Notes under the pieces: model-generated
The model's database searches: none
What the model saw: only the letters and a program-made list of their open reading frames with translations
What the model was told of the DNA's origin: nothing
Shown here: piece after piece, positions 8,733 through 17,900 of the stretch
How positions within the stretch are numbered: the first letter of the stretch is position 1
How the letters are laid out: every line of letters starts with the position of its first letter
Program-made: the position numbers and the translations under genes
Source: Myxococcota bacterium
Lineage (GTDB): Bacteria > Myxococcota > Kuafuiibacteriia > Kuafuiibacteriales > Kuafuiibacteriaceae
Length of the DNA stretch: 64,000 nt
Assembly (NCBI GenBank): GCA_965223435.1
Contig: CBDCWQ010000023.1
Location: 504,752 to 568,751, forward strand
Direction: 5' to 3'

Positions 8733-9779
8733 GTGTCCTCAAGCGCCCCGTCGAAATGGGTGGGCCTGTCTTTGCGCCTTCTGATCGCGCTGGGCGTGTC
8801 CGCGTTGGCCTTGGGGTGGGCTTTTCGTGGGGTTGATCTTGAGCAAATTCTGTTGCGCCTCGGCCAGAGCCACGGTGCGCTTGCCCTGTACACCGGGATT
8901 CAGCTGGTGGTTTTGGCGGTTCGGGTCCTGCGCTGGGGACTGCTTGTGGCGCCCCTTGCGCCTCTTGGCCCCCGCCCCATTTTTGCGGCCGGTGGCGTAG
9001 GGATCGCCGCCTCTTTTTTCTTGCCGCTGCGCCTCGGGGAGTTGGTTCGCCCCATCATGTTGTCCCGCGTGGGGGTGCCTTTTGCCGCCGTGGTCGCCAG
9101 CGTGGTTGTGGTGCGCATTGTGGATGGGCTTGCGAACGTGGGCATGTTCTTTTTCTTCGTCGGGGCCCTGCCTTCTGCCGCTGGCGTATCCGGAGAGCTC
9201 GCGGGGCTCTCCAAGTGGGCTCTTCTCGGGTTCTCGTTGGGTTGTGGGGGGCTGTTCGGAGCCTACATCGCCCGATCTTGGGTCCTTGCACGCCTGGAGC
9301 AGATGCTGATGCCGCGGGCGCCCCGGGTGGGGCGCCGGCTCAGGGCGCTGATCGAGAATTTTGCGGATGGCCTGTCGGTCCTCCAGCATCCGATGCGTGC
9401 CCTTTTCTTCCTGGCACTGACTTTGGCCTACTGGGGTCTCCAAAGTGTGTCGATGTACATCTTGGCCGAAAGCTATGTCCCGGGATTGGCCTGGGTGGCT
9501 GCACCCTTCACGGTGGCGGTGACCGTCTTTGCGATCATGATCCCGGCGGGACCCGGGTTTGCGGGCACCCTCGAGGCGGGGTTTTGTTTCGGGCTCCTCC
9601 CCTTTGGGGTTTCGAAAACCGACGCGCTGGCCGTCGCGTTGGCTGGGCACCTCGCGGCGATCATCAGTCTGCTCATCCTCGGGTTCTTGGGGCTGATCGC
9701 GGCCGAGCCGGCCCAGCGCCAAAAAGCCCATGGCCTGTCCGTCGGTGGGACCCCATCTCGGTCTCCCGCGGAGCCCTGA
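8733..9779 (+). CDS. Flippase-like membrane protein (lysylphosphatidylglycerol-synthase TM region, UPF0104 family)
   Basis: A polytopic membrane protein of about 8 TM helices, with the family motif FFLPLRLGELVRPIMLSRVG...VVVRIVDGLAN. Confidence 0.7.
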   Translation: MSSSAPSKWVGLSLRLLIALGVSALALGWAFRGVDLEQILLRLGQSHGALALYTGIQLVVLAVRVLRWGLLVAPLAPLGPRPIFAAGGVGIAASFFLPLRLGELVRPIMLSRVGVPFAAVVASVVVVRIVDGLANVGMFFFFVGALPSAAGVSGELAGLSKWALLGFSLGCGGLFGAYIARSWVLARLEQMLMPRAPRVGRRLRALIENFADGLSVLQHPMRALFFLALTLAYWGLQSVSMYILAESYVPGLAWVAAPFTVAVTVFAIMIPAGPGFAGTLEAGFCFGLLPFGVSKTDALAVALAGHLAAIISLLILGFLGLIAAEPAQRQKAHGLSVGGTPSRSPAEP

Positions 9780-9879
9780 ATTCGCGGTTTACCCTCTGTG
9801 TGGTCATCCCGCAGGGGTGGACGGTGGTCTTGGATTTGGCAAAGATTCTGGGGTGACGGCGCCAGTTCCGCGTGAGCGC

Positions 9880-10236
9880 TTGGGGTCTGTCACCCGACGC
9901 ATTGGGACGCTACAGCACTTTCGATGGCTCCGCGGAATCGCCATCGCCATCATTGTCCTCAATGTGTTTGATGCAGTGCTCACCCTGTTGTGGATTCGGA
10001 TGGGGACCGCCACCGAGGCCAACCCCATCCTCGCGGAACTTGCCCACAACAATCCGGCGCTCTTCCTTACGGTGAAATTTTCTCTCGTGGGGTTGGGCTC
10101 TTTGCTCCTTTGGCGTTTTCGCAAACGCAAATCGGCGGTGGTCGCCATTTTTGTGGGCTTCCTGGCGTACTACTTTTTGCTGCTCTACCACCTCAACTCG
10201 ATGAAGGTGCAAATTCTGAACTACTTCTTCTCGTAG
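9880..10236 (+). CDS. Small membrane protein, DUF5658-like. The start is uncertain: TTG 9880 is proposed, while the ORF-track frame opens at 9730 and overlaps the upstream gene.
   Basis: The segment LQHFRWLRGIAIAIIVLNVFDAVLTLLWIRMGTATEANPILAEL...LFLTVKFSLVGLGSLLLW resembles the DUF5658 core (lNxxDaxlT..., EaNPl). It has 3 TM helices. Confidence 0.4.
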   Translation: MGSVTRRIGTLQHFRWLRGIAIAIIVLNVFDAVLTLLWIRMGTATEANPILAELAHNNPALFLTVKFSLVGLGSLLLWRFRKRKSAVVAIFVGFLAYYFLLLYHLNSMKVQILNYFFS

Positions 10237-10406
10237 GCGCGGCGACCCGTTTTGCGCTTGCCCCCTGGGCGCAGATCGGGCCTACTTCGGCGCGAAACCA
10301 TGGTGGCTGCGGGCATCGCAACGGTGGCTCTCGAGGCACGCATCATGTGCTTGGGCTGCCGGGCGGCTGTCCTTGGTGCGCCAGGACGGATGGGTGGGCC
10401 CTGAGC

Positions 10407-10691
10407 ATGATGCTGCTTTATTGCCACGCGTGTGGCGGAGAGACGGAACTGGTTGACAAGGTGAAGCGGGCAGACACCTGCGAGCATTGCGGCGTGGACC
10501 TGCACTGCTGCAAGAACTGCAAGTTTTTTGACCCGCACGTACACAACCAGTGTAAGGAATCCACTACGTTTTGGGAGCCCGACAAAGAAAAGGCAAACTT
10601 CTGCACGTACTTTACGTTGCGGGAAGGGCAGGTTGAGACCGAGGATCGGGGTGCAGCGTTGTCCAAACTTGAGAATCTGTTCAAAAAGTAG
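10407..10691 (+). CDS. Small Cys-rich zinc-ribbon protein
   Basis: A 94-aa protein with CxxC...CxxC...CCxxC...C spacing (MMLLYCHACGGETELVDKVKRADTCEHCGVDLHCCKNCKFFDPHVHNQC). It was trimmed from the 9990..10691 ORF, whose N-terminal part overlaps the upstream gene out of frame. Confidence 0.5.
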   Translation: MMLLYCHACGGETELVDKVKRADTCEHCGVDLHCCKNCKFFDPHVHNQCKESTTFWEPDKEKANFCTYFTLREGQVETEDRGAALSKLENLFKK

Positions 10692-10780
10692 GCCCCATGG
10701 CTTTTGTGTACGACGTTTCGGTGCTACGCGGGCCACGGTGGGCCGTTGACAAGCGGCTCGGGTGTGTCCGTCGGTTGTTG

Positions 10781-10854
10781 GGTGGGGTAGCTCAGCCGGT
10801 TAGAGCGAGGGCCTCATAAGCCCTAGGTCGGGAGTTCGAGTCTCCCCCTCACCA
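10781..10854 (+). tRNA. tRNA-Met (anticodon CAT). It looks like an elongator type, though tRNA-Ile2 (lysidine) cannot be excluded.
   Basis: Manual fold: acceptor ggtgggg/cctcacc with one G-U, D-arm tagctcagccggttagagc, anticodon stem agggc/gccct with loop cTCATAa, T-arm gggag-ttcgagt-ctccc, discriminator A. The 31-39 pair is C-G, so the stem does not end in the initiator-type GGG/CCC. Confidence 0.75.
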
Positions 10855-10861
10855 CTTTGCG

Positions 10862-11827
10862 ATGGACCTCCAGGAGGTTGTGCACGCGGTTCGAAGCCGT
10901 GACGGCGTCACGCTTCGCATGACCGAGGTTTTTGTCGGTTCTGGGCCCCGAAGCCACTCGGCGGTGCCTTTTCTGCTCGTCCACGGTTTCATGCAAAATC
11001 GCCACGCCTTCTTGCTTGGCGACCTTCCGAGAACACTGCTGGACCGCGGCGCCCGTGTTTTTATTGCAGAGCTTCGGGGGCACGGCCGCAGTTTGGATCC
11101 TTCGCGCCTCGAAAACACCACGCGCCTAGAAACCCATCTCGACGAAGACCTGCCCGCCTTCCTCGACTTCATCCAGGGCTTGGTCCGCCAAAAGACAGTG
11201 CACATTGTGGCCCACTCGATGGGCGGCTTTTTGGGCTACGCGCTTCTGGGCCGCACCACAGCCCTCGCGTCGTTGACGACCCTGGGGGCCCCCATCTTCC
11301 TCGCCAAAGGGCGCCCGCATTTACGGGCCAGCGCGGTCGTTTTGGGCACTGCCGCCGCCTTGTGGCCTCCCGAGCGGCTCCCCCTCGATCGCGCTTTGCT
11401 CTCGCTCTCTCATCTGCTCGCACGTCCAGAGGCGTCCCCTCTGTTGCGGGTCTTCCAGCGGCTGACCGGTCTTGCAAACCCGGCCCAGGTCGCACCCGAA
11501 CGGCTACAAGCGGCGCTCGAGGCCGCAGATCCGGCCATCACCCGGGTCTTCATTCAACTCGCGCGCATGGCCATGGGGGGCAGGGCGCAAATCGGGGGTG
11601 TCGATTTGTGTCGGGCGGTGCGGATGAGTCCGATCCCTATCGCTTTTGTCGTGGGATCAAGAGACCTTTTTGGCGGTCGGCTCGGCGTCCAAGGGGCGCT
11701 CGGACCAGGGCACCGCGGCCCCCGAACGTTGGTCGAGATTGAGGGCGGCGCCCACGTGGACCTCACGGTGGGTCCACAGGTGGCGTCCCGAGTGGAGGCC
11801 CTGTGGCCATTCTTGGTCAGTGCTTGA
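10862..11827 (+). CDS. Alpha/beta-fold hydrolase. An internal ATG at 10919 (MTEVFVG...) is a likely alternative start.
   Basis: The protein has LLVHGFMQNRHAF (HG oxyanion region) and the nucleophile elbow AHSMGG, with Asp/His in the C-terminal half (VGSRDLFGG; GGAHVDL). Confidence 0.75.
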   Translation: MDLQEVVHAVRSRDGVTLRMTEVFVGSGPRSHSAVPFLLVHGFMQNRHAFLLGDLPRTLLDRGARVFIAELRGHGRSLDPSRLENTTRLETHLDEDLPAFLDFIQGLVRQKTVHIVAHSMGGFLGYALLGRTTALASLTTLGAPIFLAKGRPHLRASAVVLGTAAALWPPERLPLDRALLSLSHLLARPEASPLLRVFQRLTGLANPAQVAPERLQAALEAADPAITRVFIQLARMAMGGRAQIGGVDLCRAVRMSPIPIAFVVGSRDLFGGRLGVQGALGPGHRGPRTLVEIEGGAHVDLTVGPQVASRVEALWPFLVSA

Positions 11828-11863
11828 CAACCCGAGCGGTCGCACCGTACCCGGTACTCCACT

Positions 11864-11947
11864 GCGAAAGTGGCGGAATTGGTAGACGCGCAGGATTCAG
11901 GTTTCTGTGGGAGTATTCCTGTGGGGGTTCGAGTCCCCCCTTTCGCA
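11864..11947 (+). tRNA. tRNA-Leu (anticodon CAG), class II with a long variable arm
   Basis: Manual fold: acceptor gcgaaag/ctttcgc, D-arm gcgg-aattggtag-acgc, anticodon stem cagga/ttctg with loop tTCAGgt, variable arm tgggagtattcctgt, T-arm ggggg-ttcgagt-ccccc, discriminator A. The 3' end lies 5 nt from the RHS gene stop on the opposite strand. Confidence 0.8.
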
Positions 11948-11952
11948 TCCAA

Positions 11953-14900
11953 TCAGCGGCCGACGATCGTTCTGCCGGTGGCCCGCTGTAGAGCCTCGTA
12001 GTGGAGGCTCTTGTGTTGCCGGAACAAAAACAGGTCGATGAACGCTTCTTTCGGGTTTGTCAGTCGCAAGCCTTTGTCGATGAGCGTGGTCAAGATGGAC
12101 GGATTGAAGTGCGATGCGCCGTTGCGGTCGATGTAGATCAAGTCCCCGGTGGTATCGTGCCTGAGCCATGGCGCGACGGCGCCCACTTGCGGGACCAGAT
12201 CGAGGTTGTGGGCCGTCCGAAAAAAACCTGATTTTTGCGTCTTCAGATTTTCTTTGAAAGCGGTGTGAAAGTTGGTGTTGCCAACCGGGGGTTGGCCGAC
12301 CGTATAGGTGGCCGTAATGGGCATCTTGCGCTTGAGCCCATACGCAGAAAACAGGGTTGCCAGCGCACCGCCCAAACTGTGGCCGGTGACCACAATCTTC
12401 AAGCGCTCCGGATTCTTGGCTTGGTAAACCTGGAGGCTTCTGAGCACGTCCGGTTTGACCGCCAGAAACTGAGCCAAAAAGCCTGCATGAACCGAACCGC
12501 TTCCGAAGAGGTCTGGGGCGTAAGCGGGGGCTCCCCATAGGTCGAGGACTCCGTCTATGACGCTGAACGTCCCCCGGAAAGCCACGAGTGCCGTATTGGT
12601 TTTGGGGTCGTACGCGGTGAACGCCTGGGCGTCGACGATTTTCTTATCGATGGTTCTCACGTTTTCGAAGCCAAGCGCCTTCGCCCGTTTTCGGACGTTG
12701 GCGGGTGTGTCGTAGGCGATGATGCTCGCAAGAGACGTCAAGTGGGCATTGACGGGGTTGAATTTGCGGTCATCCGGCATCCAATGGACACCTTGGTCTT
12801 CATGGCCATCCAGATTGTGGGCCGTCGCCCCCAGAAGGTCGACCCGGTTGATGGGATCGTTGTCCAAAAAGGCGTAGAGGTTTTTTGTGCTCGCTTCTCC
12901 CAAGGGATCCCGACTCAGCCATCGCCCCTCAGCGGGATCGTAGTAGCGGTAGGTGTAGGCGTACAGTTGGGTTTCACGATCATAGTACTGCGTGCCGTAT
13001 CGGAAGGGCTGGATATCGAGTCCCCGAGAAGCCATGAGGCGTCCGAACGGTGAGTATTCGTACTGTGAGACCACTTGTCCGTCTCCACTGACCAATGCGG
13101 TGACACTTCCATTGCGATCCATGACGGGGAAGTAGCTTTGCCCGTCTCGCCCCACCGCCAGGAGCCCTCGCGCGCCGCCGGCGCCCCCTTTTTTGTGGGA
13201 ACTGTCCAGGCCCCACAGATAATAAGCGCGCCGGGTTAAGGCTCCACTGGCGGGGTCGGCATCGTACTCCGCGATGAGATGGAAGTTGTGGTAAACAAAA
13301 CGCCGATCCAGCGTCTTGACCGAGTAGTTGGCCCCTTTCCACACGCTCTTCGAGGTGCGTCGTCCAAAGGCGTCGTAGCCAAACCGAAGTTGGTACTGGC
13401 CATCCTTGGTTACGGTCTTGAGCCGTCCACGATTCGTCCAGGTGTAGATATGTTCGCCATCTGTCTTGCGGGCGCCAAAGGTGTTGTAGCTTTGTGTGGT
13501 CTCGCCGCTTCGTGGTAAACGAACAGACTCCGAGTGTTCGGAAACAAGTTCCCCTTCACCGGTAGGCGATGGCATCACCATCTTGAATTGAAGAGCGATG
13601 GGGTCTCCGCCTTGAGCCGGCCCCGGGGCAATTCGTGCGTGAAACCACGATCCGTGGCGGTCGACCGGCGCGTTGTCTGCGAGAACCAGACCGTCGGTCT
13701 CACGGGTTGCGCTCACGGTGAGGGACGCGGCTTCGTCGACGCTTCCGCTGAAGACGAGGGCCCCGGCTAGGTTGCGGGTTTCGTATTGATTGGTGCTCGA
13801 GGGTTGATAGCTGTCTTCAGGCTCTCCGGTATTGGGCTCGATGGCACCGGCCTTGAGCCGATTTCCGATGGCGTCGTAGACGTAGTGAAATTGTCTTCCG
13901 CTTTGGAGTTCGCCCGTATTAGATATGCGGGTGCTTGCGGAGGTCAGTTGGCCCAAGGTGTCATAGCTGTAACGCGTATAGGTCTGTGATGGCGCAAACA
14001 GGGCGGCGGTGTTGTAGACTCGCCTATCGGTTCGGGTCACTTGACCGCTGGCGTTGTAGCTATACTTATGTGCCCCATACACCACGGCCGCATCCGAAAC
14101 CTGGTTGTCGGTTGTGCGGATAAGGGTCAGGCGCCCGCTTTCATCATAAGCAAGCTCGGTCTTGCCTCGCACCACATCGGCGACCGAGTGGGTGATGGCG
14201 GCCACACGTTGGGTCTGGGTTTCGTAGGCGTAGCTACCGCTTCTTTGCCCCTGAGACACGCGGCTCAAACGGCCGGCATCATCGTAGGCATACGAGAAGA
14301 CCAGTGGATGGGGTCCTCCGACGAGTTCCAAAGCGGTCAGCCGATGCATGGCATCGTAGTGTCGTTTTAGGGTTGCGTCACCGAGTTGGGGCACCGACTC
14401 CGTAGCGATTCGGCCCTCTTCGGTATAGGTGAGCGCCGATTGCCCCACCAAGGTCACCCGTCCCCGGGGATCATAGGCCAACGGGGTTCCACCAAAAGAG
14501 GTCAAACGTCCCGCGTCATCATACTCTGAGGTCGCGGTACGGGCCCCAGCTTCGCTCGGATTCCCGATCGTTCGACTGTGAAGCCTGCCCGCGGGTGTAT
14601 ACTTGTGGGACTCGACGGGGATGCCATCGACGGTCTTTTGGGTGACCAGGCCGCGTTCATCTCGCTCGAAGATGGTTTCCACATCGTCGTTCGTGACCAG
14701 CTTAGAGACTTCACCAAATCGATCGTATTCGAGGTCGTACGTGTACGAACCGGTTCCGGACCTACGCGCGAGCGCACCGTCCGGATGGTATTGGAACGCT
14801 TCCATTCCGCCCGGGCCCTGAATGGTTTGGACGTTGCCAAAGAAGTTGAAAGTCCGCTGAAGCACGGTCCCCGAGGGCATTTCGGTCGTCTTGGGAAGCC

Positions 14901-17900
14901 CTCGTCGGTCGAGGGTATGGGTGGTCGTTCCCTCCGGGGTTTGAGATTGGGTACGGCGTCCATAGGCATCGTAGCTGTGGGCGTAGGTCGAGAGCGTCTC
15001 ATCGCCATGGGTTTTGTGGATAAGGGCCTTGAGCTGGCCGCCCTCGTATTCCTGAACCGCGATGACGTCAGGCGTCGCCAGTCTTTCCCGCCAGGCGCCC
15101 GGGCCGGTAGGCAGTCCGCGACTGTAGTTGAAGACCACCGTCCCGTTTTGGATGCGTGCGGCTTTTCTTCGGTCCGCCGTAGAGTAGCTGGTGGTCACCG
15201 CACGGTTTGAAAACGAGCCCTTCGCCTCTTTGCGAACGAACGCCAGCAGTCCGGCGCAAGACGTTCCCTCCGGGCAGGTCGCCACGTTTTCTTGAATGTC
15301 GAGGAGAGGGTCGTTGGCATCCGCCACACCGTTCTGGTTGAGGTCGGTGACGGTTTTGGTCAATTGGCCCGAAAGATCATACGCATAAAGATGGACGACG
15401 CCGTCTGGGTCGGTCTCTTGGGTCAGCCGTTGATGGGCGTCATAGGCATAGCGAGTGGTTGCCAGCTCGCCTTGATGGGGTCTGCTCACCTTGGAAAGAA
15501 GGCCCAGGTGGTTAAACGCTTCGGTCTTCACCACGGTGAGGTTGCCCTCGGCGTCGGGGCGCAAGGTCTCGGTGTAGGGGCCGGTTTCACCCGTACGGTG
15601 CCGGTAGCGAATGATTCGATAGGGGGTTTGTTCGCCGGCAACGTAGGTTTCGACGCGGTTCAAATTCCGGTCCACGTTTCGGTATTCGAGGCGTCGGCTG
15701 CCGTCTGGTTGGTGCGTTTCGGTGATCGTTCCGGGAAACCCGTCGAATCCCGGGGGGTGGTATTGGGTGGTGGTCTCATGGCCTTCGGCGTCGGCTTCGA
15801 AAACTGGTCTTCCAAGGGCGTCGTAGCGGATCTTTGTGGTGAGGGGTGCGCCCTCGCCGAGGGGGTAAAGCGTTTCTTGAATGAGGTTGCCGGTCGCGTC
15901 GTAGTCGCGTTTTGTGGTTCGGCCGAAGCGGGTCATGCTTTGGGGTTGGCCCAACACTGTGTAGGTGTACGTCGAGACCGAAAGATCGCGATGGGTTCTT
16001 TGTTCTGGTTGGCCATGCCATTTGGTCTGGGTCAGGTTTTCAGAGGTGCCATCATCGTGGTTCCACGTGGTCGGGTGACCGAAGGGGCCGATGTCGGTAG
16101 CGACCGATTCTCCGGTCAAGGTGTCCCCTCGGGTCACTTTCCATGTGGATTGGATGGCATGGCCGTACGAAAGGGTCACCGATTCTTCGTTTCGATGCGT
16201 AAGTCCTCCGGCCCCGGGGCCCTCGGTGATGAGATGTTCCGAATACCGCCTGGTGTCGTGAGGCCATCTTCGCTCGCGGGTGATGGTTGTGTTGCCCACG
16301 GTGGTGCGGGTTCGGTTGGAGACCGAGACTTTGGGTTCGCCGTCGATGATGGCCGATGAGCGCTCGGTCACTTTTCGATGCACACATGCGTCCCAAGCGA
16401 CACCGGGTTGACATCTTCGTTCTTCGTCGATGTACCGAGGGGTGTTTCGATCGCCCTCTTTTTTGAAGGCAAATCGGCCCACGCTGATTGGAATGGAATC
16501 GGTGGCGGCGCCGGTGCTGGGTGCCAAATCGAGCACCCGCCTTGGTCTCGCAAAGAGTTGGCGTGCGTCTGGCGTATCGCCCGCCGAAGCGAGGGGGCTG
16601 TAGGTCACCTTCGTCTCGCGTTTCGCAAAATGCCCGAAGGGTCGGATGATTCGGGATAGCCAGCCAGTGCTCACGGTGATGGTCTCACCGGTCGTGGGGT
16701 TGAGCTCCGGTTCGCCGGTTGCTGGGTTCAAGAGTTTACCCACGGCGTCGTATTCGAACTCCTCCCAGTAGCCGTCCGGGTATTGGATCCTTTGTACTTT
16801 GGCCATCTTCAGGGCTCCGTTTTCATAGCGGTCGAGGGTGGTCCCCTCCTGGTACTCTCGGATTTCGGGGGGCACCGAAACGGCCGCCCCGTTTTCGTCG
16901 CTGATGCTCCGGTGGATCTCTTTGGTGTAGCCGTGGGGCGTCAGCACGGTTCGCTGGCGAAAGAAGCGCCCATTGGCCAGGAGTTTGGTTTCGATGGTCT
17001 CGCCCGACTTGGTCCAGGCGACTCCGGTGCCTAGAGGGCCGAGCCGGATGATGTTTTCGTCGCCCTCGACGATGCGGAAACTTTCGTCGGCATCGTCTTT
17101 GATCAAGGATTGGATGCGTCCTTCAGCGTCGTACTGCACGGTGGTTGTGAGGGTGGCCTCGTCCGAAGTGCCCTCGCCAAAGACCCGCCTGAGGGTCTTG
17201 ATGCGTCCGGAAGACCAGTCCAAATACACTTTGTATTCGTCTGAAGTGGCCTGGCCGTCCGAGACCATCGCCAAGCGGCTGTATACGTTCTGTTCGCGGC
17301 CATCGATGTGGCGAACCCGTTGTATGGTTCGGTCAAAAACATGGGCGATCCCCGACTCAAAGTGGAGCTCGTACTTCCAGTCGGTGTCGTGCCCGGGGGT
17401 CATGTCGTGAAGGACATAGGTCCGGCCCGCGTTGATGCCGAGGGGGAAACCGCGCGATGCGAAGTTTGAGGTTGCAGGGTCCCAAGGAAAGTCGAACTCT
17501 ACTTGATTGCCTCGCGGTCTGGTCACGACGACGCGCTTCAGGTGCACACCCCCGTGGGACAGAAGCACGGCGTTTCGTACCCGGGTGTTGAGGCTATAGG
17601 CTTGAAAGAGGGTATCGTCGGCCTTTTCGTATTGGATGTTGTCCGTGGCTTTCTGCATCGCACCTTGGTGGATGTAATGGGCGACACCAAGGTGTTTGTG
17701 CTGATAATCATTGGGCGGAAGAATGGGGAGGAAGACCTGTGGCTCGTCACCCCACTTGGGCTGAAAGGTGATGACTCCACCTTTTTTCATTGCGCTGTCC
17801 AGATCGATGCCGACATCGACGAGGTCATCACGGTCGGTGTCCTGAATCGTCTGTGCGGTGTGCTCGAACAAAAGAGGCAGCTGGGCTGATGGCGGCGGGG

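Noticed and set aside
8739-9731. 330-aa minus-strand ORF rich in R/D/H/G (RDHDRKDGHRHREG...)
   Set aside because: It is entirely antisense to the flippase-like membrane protein gene and is low-complexity. It is a GC-rich shadow ORF.
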